DNA of 64,000 bases from Octopus vulgaris (taxonomy: Eukaryota), in NCBI GenBank assembly GCA_951406725.2, contig OX597822.1, forward strand, positions 48,236,001 through 48,300,000, read 5' to 3'. Made by a program: the position numbers and the translations under genes. Below the pieces are notes generated by a model. The model ran no database searches. It was not told the origin of the DNA and saw only the letters and a program-made list of their open reading frames with translations. This document shows positions 30,083 to 43,216 of this stretch, piece after piece; position 1 is the first letter of the stretch; every line of letters starts with the position of its first letter.

Positions 30083-30849
30083 CAGACAGGCAGGCAGGCA
30101 GGCAGACAGGCAGACAGGCAGACAGGCAGACAGGCAGGCAGGCAGACAGGCGGACTGGTAGGAAGACGGATGAAAGGATGGATGAATGGATGATAACTAG
30201 ATAGATAGATATGCATATATATGCATGCATACACACACTCTTTCCTTCTCTCTCTCTCTCTTTCTCCCCTCTCACCCTCTCACTGTCCCTCTCCCTGTCT
30301 CTCTCCCTTTCCTCAATCCTATCCACCCGGGGCCGGCCCAGTAGCCAATTACATTACTTCACACCCACCATTTCCCACCACGTCTGCCTCTACTGAAATT
30401 TAGGGAATTTGATCGGTTGACATCTGAAATACCCTCTGACCTCCTGACCTCCTGACCTGATAGTGTATATGTTATGTTTTGGTAATTCCAATGGTCTGCC
30501 AAATCACTCTCTTATGTTTGTTATACTGACAGTACAGATACGGTGGTGGCGGCGGCGGTGGTAGAGGTAGCGGTGGCGGTGGAAGAGGCGGTGGCGGAGG
30601 CGGAGGCGGTGGCGGTGGTGGTGATGGTGGTGGTGGTGGTGGTGGTGGTGGTGGTGGTGGTGAAATCGGTGTTAGGAATCTCATTCTTGTTTATTGTAAA
30701 CATTGGTGTCAAAGGAAGAAAAATTAGAGAGAGAGAGAGAGAGAGAGGCAGAGAGCCAAACGGAGAAACAGAGAGAGAGAGAGAGAAAGAGGAAAATAAA
30801 AGAGAGGGGGAATATAAGGAAGAGACTGAGCAGACATGGGAGAAAATCC

Positions 30850-31050
30850 TTTCATCTTTTATTCTTTCACTTGTTTCAGTCATTGGACTGCGGCCATGCT
30901 GGGGCACCGGCTTCAAAGATTTAGTCGAACAAATTAATCACAGTTTTTGTCTATTTATTAAAGTCAGGCATTTATTCTGACCGTTGGCTTTGCCGAACCG
31001 CTAGGTTTCGGGTATGTAAGCAAATCAGTTTGAAGAACAAAATCAAGCAC
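30850..31050 (-). mobile_element. SINE family A, 3' half
   Basis: cttgtttcagtcattggactgcggccatgctggggcacc. Confidence 0.8.
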
Positions 31051-31247
31051 AAACACACACACACGCACACACATACACACACACAAACATACATGTGAAT
31101 GATTTTAATACACGAAAACTGTGAAAAACCATCGTAGATAGATAGATAGATAGATAGATAGATCTGTAATATAATGTGACAATTATTCTGTTGCCATAAT
31201 AAGACTCCGAGTTTCAGATGTCGGGGCGGAATGTATATATATGTATA

Positions 31248-31635
31248 TAGGAGTGGCTGTGTGGTAAGTAGTTTGCTTACCAACCACATGATTCCGGGTT
31301 CAGTCCCACTGCGTGGCACTGTAGGCAAGTGTCTTCTACTATAACCTCGGGCCGACCAAAGCCTTGTGAGTGGATTTGGTAGACGGAAACTGAAAGAAGC
31401 TTGCCGTATATATTTGTGTGTGTGTTTGTATGTCTCTGTTTGCCCTACCACCACCACCACCATCGCTTGACAACCGATGTTAGTGTGTTTACGTCCCCGT
31501 AACGTAGCGGTTCGGCAAAAGACACCGATAGAATAAGTACTAGGCTTACAAAGAATAAGTCCCGGGGTCGATTTGTTCGACTAAAGGCGGTGCTCCAGCA
31601 TGGCTGCAGTCAAATGACTGAAACAAATAAAAGAA
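31248..31635 (+). mobile_element. SINE family A, near-consensus full copy
   Basis: ggagtggctgtgtggtaagtag...ggcggtgctccagcatggctgcagtcaaatgactgaaac. Confidence 0.9.
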
Positions 31636-32555
31636 GGATCTCGTCTTTTTCATTCACAAAATGAACCCTTTTTTGATTTTGCTCAGATTGCTTTCAATTC
31701 TGGTGTATCGATGCAACTCTGAATTTTGATTACGATCAACCAATTACTTTATCTCGTTAATTAAAAAATCTGATGTTATTTGGATTTGAAGTTGGAAAAT
31801 TTGGGTAATTTTAGCCAATCAGCGGACAGCGTGGCATTAGCAGCTTGTTACCATGACAACCACACGCTGTGTTGTGTTTCACTTCACCCGTGTCTGTGCC
31901 GCACGTTGTTCTGTGTTGAATCTTCACACCACGAGATTCTTTTCACCCGCGTGTTTTGTTTTCATTTTTCTGTGTTAGTATATTATATATTTTTCTGTGC
32001 TTTTTTCTACGTGTTAGTATTTTTACATATTTTTCATTTCATATATTTTGGAGACAAATTCTTTGTTATTCTTATTGTAGTTTACAAATCCAAGCATGAA
32101 AACGTTACTCAACTTTGTAGTCTTGGAGACAGACGCCCCCTTTTCACACACACACACACACACACACATGCATTTATATATTAATGATGTACACAAACAC
32201 ATGACAGGTATACATAATACTGAAATACGCATTAAGTAAACACATGCAGATAAATATATCAATATAACAAATTAAAAAAAAATAATAAAAATCAATGAAG
32301 AGACAAAAGAAACAGTAAGATGTTGATTTTATTTGGTATTTCTGTTTATTTAGAAACCTACAATGAAGAGGTCATTTCACAGACGATAAACTATAAATAT
32401 CACAGGGTACAACCTTAAAGTTGACACCGCCCCGCTAAATGCAGAAAATTTCTGCCTCGCTATTGGCTAAAATTACAGTTTTTTTCAATTTTTAAACCTC
32501 TGTAACTTTTTCCTCCAATTTTTATCTCCCCAAAATCATACCTTCAAAGCAATAA

Positions 32556-33755
32556 GATTGGAAAACTATATCATTAATGGAAACACCTTAAAATTTCAAA
32601 CAAATTTATTTGGCAGTAATTACAGCTTGAATTCTACGAAGTATGGACTCGTACAAAATTTGAATTGTTTCCAAAGGAATTTTGTCCATTCTTCAGCTAA
32701 AACAGTCTCCAGTTCTTGTAGTGATGATGGTAGAGGATATTGACTCCTTACTTGTTTTTCTAAAATGTACCATAAATGTTCAATAATATTAATATCTGGG
32801 GACTGTGGTGGCCAGATAAGATGTTCAACTTTACTAGAATGTTCCTCGTGCCATTCAGTAACAACTTTAGCTGAGTGAATTGGTGCATTATCATCCTGAA
32901 TGATTGAGTTTCCCTCCGGAAACAGTTTTGCAACCATAGGATGAATTTGATCAGATAAAATTCTTAAATAGCCTTGACTATTAATTCTGCCATGAAGGGA
33001 AACCATAGGGCCAGCGGATTTCCAAGATATAGCCCCCACCCCAGATCCTCCTCTATGTTTAACAGTTGGAAAAAGGCAGTCTGGGTCAAATGCTTCTTTT
33101 GATTGCCTCCACACGTATACTCGGCCGGTGAACGGAAATAAGGTAAAGGATGACTCGTCCGAGAAAACATTCTTCCGTTGCTCTAGGAACCAATTCTGTA
33201 GGTTTTTACTCCATTCTAAACGCTTTGCAACGTTTGTTTTGGAAAGTAGTGGTTTTCTGATTGCAGCCCACCCGTGAAATCCAGCTTTGTGCAGCTCCCG
33301 GCGAACAGTTTTGTGGAAACTGGGTTCTCGAGGTGGTCATTAAGCTCTGCAGTAATTTTATGAGTTATACTTTTGTGATCCTTTCTAACAATTCGCGTAA
33401 GAGCCCGATGGTCCTTGTCTGAAAGTTTTGGTTTCCTTCCGGAGTTTTGTTTCGACGAGGAGATTTTTCCCTCTTTTTCAAAGGTTGTCATTACTTTCGA
33501 GACAGTACTTCTCGATACACCAAACATTTCGGTTGTTTTCATTACGCAAGCACATGCCAACAATTTAACCTCTTTGAAAGTCTGATAGATCTGTCATTTT
33601 AATGAATTTTAATTACCTTTTTCTTATGATATCTGAAAAGAAACCGCAATTTTAGCAAAGCATATTAAGCAACATTAATAATAAACAAGCTTTTGACGGT
33701 TTTATAGATATTACAAAATTATGATGGTAGGTGTTTCCATTATTTTGTCCAACAT
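32556..33755 (-). mobile_element. Tc1-superfamily transposon with DD36E spacing (Incomer-like), frameshifted
   Basis: HTH ORF 33216..33563 (FGVSRSTVSKV, GRKPKLS); VFSDES at ~33150-33170; QDDNAPIH...WPPQSPDINIIEHLW with 36 residues between D and E; inverted ends taatggaaacacct / aggtgtttccatta. Confidence 0.88.
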
Positions 33756-33791
33756 ATATATTGGAACCAAATTTTGCTACAAAGCCTTTAT

Positions 33792-33910
33792 TTTATCGAC
33801 ACCGAAAGGATAAAAGCGGCCCTCGACGGAAATCGAACTCAGAGCGTAAAGGATGAAGAAATGTCGTTAAGCATTTTGCAAACAGTGCTAACAATTCAGC
33901 CAGTTCGACG
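33792..33910 (-). mobile_element. SINE family B fragment
   Basis: tttatcgacaccgaaaggataaaag...gctaacaattcagccagttcg. Confidence 0.7.
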
Positions 33911-34045
33911 CTTTGAATATTGGCGTATATATTAATATTTGTTAAGCTGCCGTATATGTTCGTATGCGCTAATATCTTTTGTGTATGTGATGTCTGTGTG
34001 GGGGTGCATAAGTGTGTATTAGTTATATGTGTGTCTGTGTATGTA

Positions 34046-34119
<74 letters not shown>

Positions 34120-34238
34120 GAAAGTGCTGAAACAGCCACTTAGCCAGTCTGGCACCAGACAAAGACGCCCGATTTAAATAAATCTCTATAACGTATAAAC
34201 TATCACCAGTTGATATGTGTGTATGTATGTATACGTAC

Positions 34239-34288
<50 letters not shown>

Positions 34289-34326
34289 GTGTGTGTGCAG
34301 TCAAATGACTGAAACAAGTACAAAAA

Positions 34327-34360
<34 letters not shown>

Positions 34361-34585
34361 TATATTTTATATATACATATATATATATATATATGTATGT
34401 ATGTATATGTATATGTATATATATATATATGCATACATACTTACATACATATATGTGTGTATATATATATGTGTGTATATATATATATATATACACACAT
34501 ATATGTATGTATGTATATATATATATATATATATATACATGTAAAAATGTATATAAAAATATATATATATGTATATATGCATATG

Positions 34586-34654
<69 letters not shown>

Positions 34655-35284
34655 ATGTATGTATGAATGTATGTATGTACGCATGTATATATGATACTGG
34701 TTGTGGATTGTGGTTGTTGGGGTAATAGTGACCGTTGCAATTGTATGTACATGTGTGTGTGCGTGAGTGTGCGAGTGTATGCATTCGCGCACACGCTCGC
34801 ACCCTATATATATAGAGATATAGACATAGACACACATACAAATATATATATATGAATGTATATAGACAAATATACGTATAGATTATACATACATGTATAC
34901 ATACATACATACAATCACACACCCACATACAGCGACTATGTCTACATATACGAGTGAACGGACAATCAAAAGTAAAAGGCGCTTAACACATTTAACAGGA
35001 ATTACATATGTTATTGTTGAGCAGTTTGATTCGGCCACATGTGACTTAAAGAAACCCAGCTCATTGAGATTCGGTTAGCTGAGCCTTAATGAGTTACGCT
35101 TCTGTAAGAATTTTTACGAAGGTTTAAAGTCTCCCTTCATTTTACTGAAGAATCATGTATGTCTTTACACAATATATTTTCCGTGTTCATTCGTAGAAGT
35201 AACAAAAGAACCCAACTTTAAAATAACATTGGACCTTTATACTTTCGTAAAGTGGAACAGTGGATCAAAGTAAGAAACATTACA

Positions 35285-35607
35285 AATTCTGTTCTATATT
35301 TAAGAGATGTGAAATTATCTCTTTCGGGGTCTATAAATTAAGTACTAGTGACGCACTGGGGGTCGATGTAATCGACTTAATCCTTTTGTCTGTCCTTGTT
35401 TGTCCCCTCTATGTTTAGCCCCTTGAGGGCAATAAAGAAATAAGAGATGAGGAATTATGTGCATTATCTACATTTGACGGATATTTGTCCTCATCTGGTT
35501 TGTTGTTAACACAATGTTTCGGCTGATATACCCTCCAGCCTTCATCAGGTGTCTTGGGGAAATCTTGAGCCTGGGTTCTCATTCCTAAGGTATTTTTCCA
35601 TGTTATT

Positions 35608-35638
<31 letters not shown>

Positions 35639-35677
35639 TTATTTTTATTATTATTATTTTTATTATTATTATTATTA

Positions 35678-35723
<46 letters not shown>

Positions 35724-35812
35724 GGTGTAGGGGTTAAGAGTTCGGGCTACTAACCCATGATTCCGAGTTCGATTCCAGGCAGTGACCTGAATAATAATAA
35801 TAATAATAGAGG
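35285..35812 (-). mobile_element. Second locus of the tRNA-head/hammerhead element (head inverted), with a SINE B 3' fragment at 35320-35440
   Basis: Hammerhead at 35508-35553 (minus); tRNA-like head at 35723-35791 (plus) followed by (TAA)n. Confidence 0.75.
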
Positions 35813-36301
35813 AGGTCCAATTGAGCCTGCGGCCCAAAACTAAAGACGGTTAAATTGCATGACTATAATACGTCTATAATGCTTTATGCCCTTGTGGTGT
35901 TTGATGAGAGGTTAAGGACGGATGAGAATTAATTCTGTAATGCAATCATTCTATTGTTGCAGTCCCAACTTGAATTCCAACTGTTGGCTAATTTGTCCCG
36001 AAGTTCTAATCTTGACGTAAAAGTAACGAAGCGACTGTCATTTACCTCCCCCTTGATCTCTGACGTCATCTGACAAGCGCCAACCAAGATGGCGTGAATC
36101 AGCCAAGGTAGAAATGGCAACCCAAATGTTTTTAAAACAGATCCTAATGCTGGATGTTCTTGAACCAAATGAAGGGCAGATTTTCAACCCCGGGATCATC
36201 CTGATTCCAAAAAGGTATAATATGTCTATGTCAAGCAAATATAGACTGAGACACAAGGGTACCAGACAGACAGAAATTTACTTTCTGACAGACAGAAATC
36301 A

Positions 36302-36535
36302 AGGCGGTGAACTGGCAGAAACGTTAGCAGGCCGGACGAAATGCGTAGCCGTATTTCGTCTGCCGTTACGTTCTGAGTTCAAATTCCGCTGAGGTTGACT
36401 TTGCTTTTCATCCTTTTGGGGTCGATAAATTGAGTACCAGTTACGCATTGGGGTCGATGTAATCGACTTAATCCCTTTGTCTGTCTTTGTTTGTCCTCTC
36501 TATGTTTAGCCCCTTGTGGGCAATTAAGAAATAAG
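36302..36535 (+). mobile_element. SINE family B, full copy
   Basis: ggcggtgaactggcagaaacgttagc...tttagccccttgtgggcaattaagaaataag. Confidence 0.9.
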
Positions 36536-37488
36536 AAATTCACTTTTATTTATATAGAAGTATTTTCCATTTATTCATGTAGAAAATTATTGGATAGGAT
36601 GTCTTTTAACCGTACTCCTAATATGAAACCCATTTTGGCCAAGCCCAAAGTCAAGCATAGTGGCAGTATGTTCATACAAAGGTAACAATATATACCAACT
36701 TAACGGTCAATGTAACACAAAAACCGTCGTGTATCAAAATGGAGGTAGTGTCCAAGTGCAGCAAAGCTCCTTCGAGAGACAATTGAATTACCACGAGACT
36801 TTCTTTAAGATGCAAGAAAGGTGAAACGTCACGACGCTCGCCAGACGCATATGCATGTTGAATGGAAAAGGTTGCAGCGTGTGAAATTAATTGGAGTTTT
36901 TTTAACATACAGGCTGCATTTTTAACCGCAGCAAAGAATGCAGACTGCATTTTAAAGCAGCGGGAGATGCAGACTCTGCTTAGCAAAGAAGCGCACGATC
37001 GTGTAGAATTCCTTTCATCTTGGGGGGGGTGCTTCCTGAACCCAAGAGCAGAAATTTTTTCGCAGTACCCTCATGTGTGCAAATACATTCTCAAAAACTG
37101 GTCAAATCCGACCCAGCAGCAGATTCTGGTTTTTCTTTTATAAGATTTTTACCCACTTCTTCCATCGTTGGGCTTTCCATTCTTCCCATCTATTCTCTTT
37201 TTTATTAATGTCTGTGTCTTTCTTTCTTTTGTCCCCACTATCTTTCTCCTTCTCCTGCGCTCTCTGCTCTTCTTGACACACTGTATATTCTGTATATGTA
37301 TTACACCTACACAAACTATAGCACATTAAAATATAATTTAGCACGTGACTTTGCCATGATTTTTTCAAGTGAAACCAGATATAATTCTGAAAGCCTAAGT
37401 GCCATTTTTATTGCTCATATATACATACATATATGTATACATACATATATATACATACATACTTATATATATATATATGTCTATATAT

Positions 37489-37554
<66 letters not shown>

Positions 37555-37557
37555 ATG

Positions 37558-37605
<48 letters not shown>

Positions 37606-37662
37606 TACAGACTTACATACATACATATATTCATATATATATAATATACATGTGTGTGTATG

Positions 37663-37699
<37 letters not shown>

Positions 37700-37770
37700 T
37701 ACAATATACATATACATACATATATATATATACGTATATATATACACACACATAACCACACAAATATGTG

Positions 37771-37809
<39 letters not shown>

Positions 37810-37819
37810 AACCATATCT

Positions 37820-39458
37820 AACACAATTTTGGTGCTCCTGATATCCTAACAGAAATAAATAAGATCAAGCACAACTCGGCAGTAGGTCCCGATAAGTTCC
37901 CGGCCACTGTCCTGTAGATGTGTCGACATCAAATTGCACCCCCTCTAGCTGAGCTCTGGAGGAAGTCACCTGATGCAGGCTACATTCCTGATCATTTTCT
38001 TTCCCAGTCAGTCGCTCCAGTCTTCAATAAGGGAAAACAAATCTCTTGCACAGAACTACCGTCCGATTTCCCTCATCTCTCATATCATTAAAGTATTTGA
38101 GAGGGTGGTGAGATCGCGAATAACTCACTTCCTCGAAGACAACAATCTGCTGAACTCCAACCAGTATGGTGTCCATGATGGCAGGGACTGCCTGTAGCAG
38201 CTTCTGCACCATTTTGATCACATCTTAAAAGCGTTAGGAGAAGGCTCCAACACCTTGATTTCAGCAAGGCATTTGACAAAGTGGACCACAAAATCCTGCT
38301 GAAGAAATTATCCAATACTGGAGTCCATGGAAAGCTGATGCAGTGGATAAAGTGTTTCCTGACGAACAGAACTCAACATGTTGTGCTTGAGGGAATACGA
38401 TCCAGCTCAACCAAAGTCAGTAGTGGTGTCCCACAAGGTACTCTGTTGGGCCCACTCCTCTTCATTATCTACATCAATGACATAGTAGACGTTATCAAAT
38501 ATTCTACACTGAAAATCTTTGCAGATGATTCCAGACTCCAGAAAGCCATAAACGGCATGAGAGACCGAACATGCCTTCAGTCAGATCTGTTTGCTGTTGT
38601 CCAATGGGCGGAAATAAACAATATGCTTCTAAATGAAGATAAGTTTGATTTGATCCACTTTGGAAAAGAGGATACTCTGAAATTACCATATCCTCTTCCT
38701 TCGGGCGACTCCCTAGTGTCATCCAACAACACCAGAGACCTTGGGGTAATTGTTGATAACTATCTAAGCTAGAGTTTTCACGTAAATAGCAAGGTTGACT
38801 TGGCCAGCAAGATGTGCTCCTGGATTCTGAGAACTTTCCGGTCATCCTTCTCAACCCTACTTTTGCCCGACCCCACCTTGAATACTGTTGCCCACTGTGG
38901 TCTCCCCATACGAAGCAACTCATTATGAAAGTGGAAGCACTCCAGAAGTCAGTAACAAGAAAGATAGACGGCATGAGAGGCATTGACTATTGGAGTTGAC
39001 TAAAAACCTTAATCTTTACTCTCTCCAACACCACCGGGAGTGCGACATCATTTGTGTGATGTGGAAAATTTTCCATCAATATTGCACAAATGATGTTGGC
39101 ATCAATTTTAAAATCCATCCGAGACTTGGCCCCGTGCTATCCGCCCACTACAAAAACCGAACTCGGTACATATAGCAACATTAAGTCACAACTACTTTAC
39201 CTCAACCGGTCTAGTTCTCTTTAATACCATACCAAAATATGTCAAAACGGAAAGAGATCCCATTCAAATGTCCACTCGACAAATTTCTTCAAAGAAACCC
39301 AGACCAACCTCCTACACCCGGATATGTCTCCAACAATAATAACTCTTTGCTAGAGTGGGCCATGATGCCTCATATATGACAAAAAGATTTCATCAGGTGG
39401 TGCTATTAAGTTAGACATAGCCTGGGCCTATATATACTGACCGAAACCTGTCAAAGTT
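37820..39458 (+). mobile_element. Decayed CR1-group LINE (RT and 3' UTR), 5'-truncated
   Basis: NYRPISLISHIIKVFERVV; DFSKAFDKVDH; SGVPQGTLLGPLLFIIYIND; FADD; RPHLEYCCPLWSPH; stops and frameshifts. Confidence 0.92.
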
Positions 39459-40377
39459 ATATATATATATATATACTGTATAAAAGATTATGAGTAACGC
39501 GAAGTAAATGCAAGGCAAATCATAAACCTTGGGATTTGCCTTGTATTTACTTCGCATAGTTCTGGCCTTACTCACGATCCTTTATACAATATATTCTACA
39601 CAATGCTTCATAGTAATTATTCCATTATAGATATATATAATCTCATATCGTATTTACCTCGTGTTTTGTTCTGGCTTTCCTGAAAACAAGAGATGTATTA
39701 TTACCCTCACGCTTCGCTCTGACATGACATGAATATCTTTAGCTTCAGAGCAAAAGAGCTCCTACTATAATATTCCAGTCAATCTTGTCTGACGCTTGTT
39801 TGGCCATGTCACACGATATTGTATATTACACGGCGATATCCTCCTGGTGTAAGCACAAGCGCGAACAATGAGTCAGGATTAGTTGGTTGCTAAGATAGAA
39901 TTCTTGGAGAGAACGCTATCAACCGTGGTTGGTTAAACTCTTCTGGTATTTAATTAATTAAAAGACTCTTCGGTAAATCTCAGTTCAAAAACTTCAGAAG
40001 ACCTCCTGTGGGTTACACTTCTTGTGAAATTTAATTGTAATTGGTTCACTCGTGTGTGACTGATCCACTTAGTGTATTAAAAATGGTGGCTTCTCTTCGA
40101 TGTTTCGCATGTGCTTGCAATGTCAAAAGCTGCTATGAGTGGGGTATGTCTCTTCGTTCTTCGCCGTTCATCTCCATCAAACTAATCCACTCTGCATGTG
40201 GCTAATCCACTCCAAAAATCGGAGGAAGAGGGGGAGTGCAGAGTTGTATCCTCTTGCTCCTCCTTCTCAGCATTTATGCATGGATCTAATCACTTCGTTC
40301 ACTACTTACCCGCCTTTTATTATACACATGCGCACAAATAAGCCCATATACATATATATATATTCACACATACATAT

Positions 40378-40469
<92 letters not shown>

Positions 40470-40574
40470 GGTAAATAATTTTCCTGTGGTTTTTCATGTA
40501 ACCAACAATTATTTACCGGAAAATTTCGGTATGTAAATACGACAAATTAATTGTCAGGACCTTTGTAAGGTTTA

Positions 40575-40655
<81 letters not shown>

Positions 40656-40689
40656 ATCCAAACATGAAAACACAAAGAGAAAACACAAC

Positions 40690-41075
40690 TGAGTGGTAAG
40701 AAGCTTGCTTCCAACCACATGGTTCCGGGTTCAGTCCCACTGCATGGCACCTTGGGCAAGTGTCTTCGACTATAGCCTCGGACCGACCAAAGCCTTGGGG
40801 GTGGATTTGGGGGACGGAAACCGAAAGAAGCCCATATATATGTGAGTGTGTGTGTCTGTGCATCTGTGTTTGTCCCCCCCCCCCACCATCGCCTAACAAC
40901 CAATGTTGGTATGTTTACGTCCCCATAACTTAGCGGTTCGGCAAAAAGAGACCGATAGAATAAGTACTAGGCTTACAAAGAATAATAAGTCCTGGGATCG
41001 ATTACTCCGACTGAAGGTGGTGTTCCAGCATGGCCGCAGTCAAATGACTGAAACAAGAGAGTAAAAGAGCAAAAG
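40690..41075 (+). mobile_element. SINE family A
   Basis: Matches the other family A copies. Confidence 0.88.
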
Positions 41076-41343
41076 ATAGTTTCCTACAGTCTCAGTATAT
41101 ACCCAAAGTACAATAAACTTTATAACAACAATAACAACGAGTATAGCAGCCACAACAACAAGGACAGAGAGAGAAAGAGGGAGGGGGACAGTTTGTCACG
41201 TGATGTGCATATTTATCAGTAGCGACACCATGTTTGTTTAAAGCTGTTATTTATTGTAAAGATTTAGCGGTTTGTACAAACAGAATGAGTTGTGTACTAC
41301 AGAGGAGAGAACACTGGTTTTGCTAGGATGGAAGGCTGTGTGT

Positions 41344-41382
<39 letters not shown>

Positions 41383-41823
41383 AGAGTGGTAGTTGTAGGT
41401 CTGAGGGCGGTGGTGAAAGTGAGGGCAGGACTATGTTCGTGCTGGTGGGGCAGGGTTGTGTTTGTGCTGGTGGGGTAAGACTGCATTCTGGCAGGGAAGG
41501 GCTCTAAGCATTGGAAAAAGGACGTTATTTGTGCTGGGAAATCTAGTAGGACTGTGGCGAGAGTGGGGGGGGGTAATGCCAGACTAGCGGTAGTGAGACA
41601 AGACTGTGGCGGAAATGGGGGACAACTGTGGTGGTGGTGGTGGTGGTGATATGGGGGGGAGGAATCGCAGTATAGGACAGTGGCGGTGGAGGCGGTAGTG
41701 GGTGGCGGTGGTGCTGGTGGTGGTGGTGGTGGTGCTGCTGCTGCTGCTGCTGTTGCTGCTGGTGCATAATATAGCGGTAGCTGGACCAGAATGTAAGGAT
41801 GGCGGGAAAGATACTTTGGCGAG

Positions 41824-41855
<32 letters not shown>

Positions 41856-42377
41856 TAGACAGAAAGACAGACAGACAGACAGATAGACAGAAAGACAGAC
41901 AGACAGACAGACAGACAGACAGGCAGGCAGCAGGCAGACTGACAGACAGACAGAGAGCAGTGGGGTACAATTGTAGCCGTGGCAGCAGGAATAGCAGTGG
42001 GGGTACTGAAGGTGGTGGTAGTCGTCGTTGTCGTCATAGTGGTGGTGGCCGACGTCGTTGAGGTGATGGTGGTGGTGGCGGTAGAGATGGTGCTGGTGAC
42101 AGTGAGGACGGTGGCAGCGGTGAAGCTCTTGTTGGTGGAGGTGGTTGTGCTTCTGATAATGGCGATGGTGGCGGTGATGGAGCAGGAATTGGGATGCAGG
42201 ATAAAACTACAGCCGAGGTAGGGAAAGATAGAGATGGGGAAGAGGACTAATGACGTAGCGAGCACTACGGTACCAAAGCGGCACTATGACAGAGGAGCCC
42301 AGTCAGAGCTTTTGGTTTCAAAACGATCCGAGCACGGGTTGGCCACCTTATTCAGCACCTTCTAAATTAAAGAAATA

Positions 42378-42575
42378 TTAGCTTCAAATTTTGGCGCAGG
42401 CCCTGTATTTTCGGGGAGGGGAGGGAAGTTGATCTCATCGATTTCAGTGCATAACTGTTACTTATTTTATCGACCCCGGAAGGACGAAAGGCAAAGTCGA
42501 CCTCGCTGGAATATGAACTTAAAACGTAAAGGCGGACGAGCCCGGCGTGCTAACGATTCTGCCAAGTCACCGCCT
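42378..42575 (-). mobile_element. SINE family B
   Basis: ttttatcgaccccggaaggacgaaaggcaaagtcgacctcg; imperfect TSD ttaaagaaatatta / ttaaacaaatgtta. Confidence 0.8.
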
Positions 42576-42846
42576 TTTAAGTTAAACAAATGTTAAATTT
42601 ACTTACTGCGTGGCACCTTGGGCAAGTGTCTTCTACTCTAGCCTCGGGCCGACCAAAGCATTGTGAGTGGATTTGGTTGACAAATTGCGAAGATGATCCG
42701 GTTCTTGACTGAAGATTGAAGGCTTCGAATGTCCCGTCCGTGTTTTTTGTGTCGTCTTCTAATGTTTCACGTTCTTGTCCCAGTTTGTATTTTTTTACTT
42801 TTACATATATATATATATATATATATATTTATTATATAGAAGGAGC

Positions 42847-42891
42847 TTCTACAGGACTAGTACTGTTTCATTCAAGAGAAATCTTCAGGAA
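42847..42891 (-). ncRNA. Type I hammerhead (short helix I)
   Basis: UUC-CUGAAGA-UUUC(ucuu)GAAU-GAAACAG-UACUAGUC-CUGUA-GAA. Confidence 0.6.
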
Positions 42892-43124
42892 TATATATAA
42901 TTTCACCCTTCATTGTTACTGATAACCATATTCATCCCAGTAAATGACCACAGCACTTTGTCTTGGCTACACGCGGGTGGGAAGGGACTGGTGACACAAG
43001 CTTTCATTCACACTTTGAATTTGGTGATACTAGCTGTGGCTTCTAGCTCGCTCTGATACTGAGTTGAGTTGGTGCCTTCTAGTATCTCAAAATTCAATAT
43101 ACAATCATTCATGATTGTTGGTAT

Positions 43125-43216
43125 CCTGCGCTGATGAGAGAAGAAGTCTGGGTAAGGTAGAATTATCTAATTCTTATGCTTTCCTAAGACTTGATCTCGA
43201 AACGTACGTCCGTAGG
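43125..43216 (+). ncRNA. Type I hammerhead ribozyme, canonical, with long helix II
   Basis: CCUGCG-CUGAUGA-GAGA...UCUC-GAAACGUACGUC-CGUAGG; GUC cleavage after 43210. Confidence 0.9.

Noticed and set aside
35723-35791. Functional tRNA gene
   Set aside because: The 5' acceptor strand is missing and the T-stem is imperfect; it is repeated and tied to (TAA)n, so it is better read as a SINE head.
36672-37143. Overlapping non-repetitive ORFs of 93-104 aa
   Set aside because: No recognisable motif or convincing splice signals.
40138-40270. HDV-like ribozyme (gagtgg...ctaatccactc)
   Set aside because: P1, P1.1 and P3 could not be assembled by eye.
42695-42800. ctgaagattgaaggcttcgaa motif (also inverted at ~63712-63750) as a hammerhead
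   Set aside because: No viable helix II loop and no GAAA...UH arrangement; it is a repeat family but not supportable as a ribozyme.
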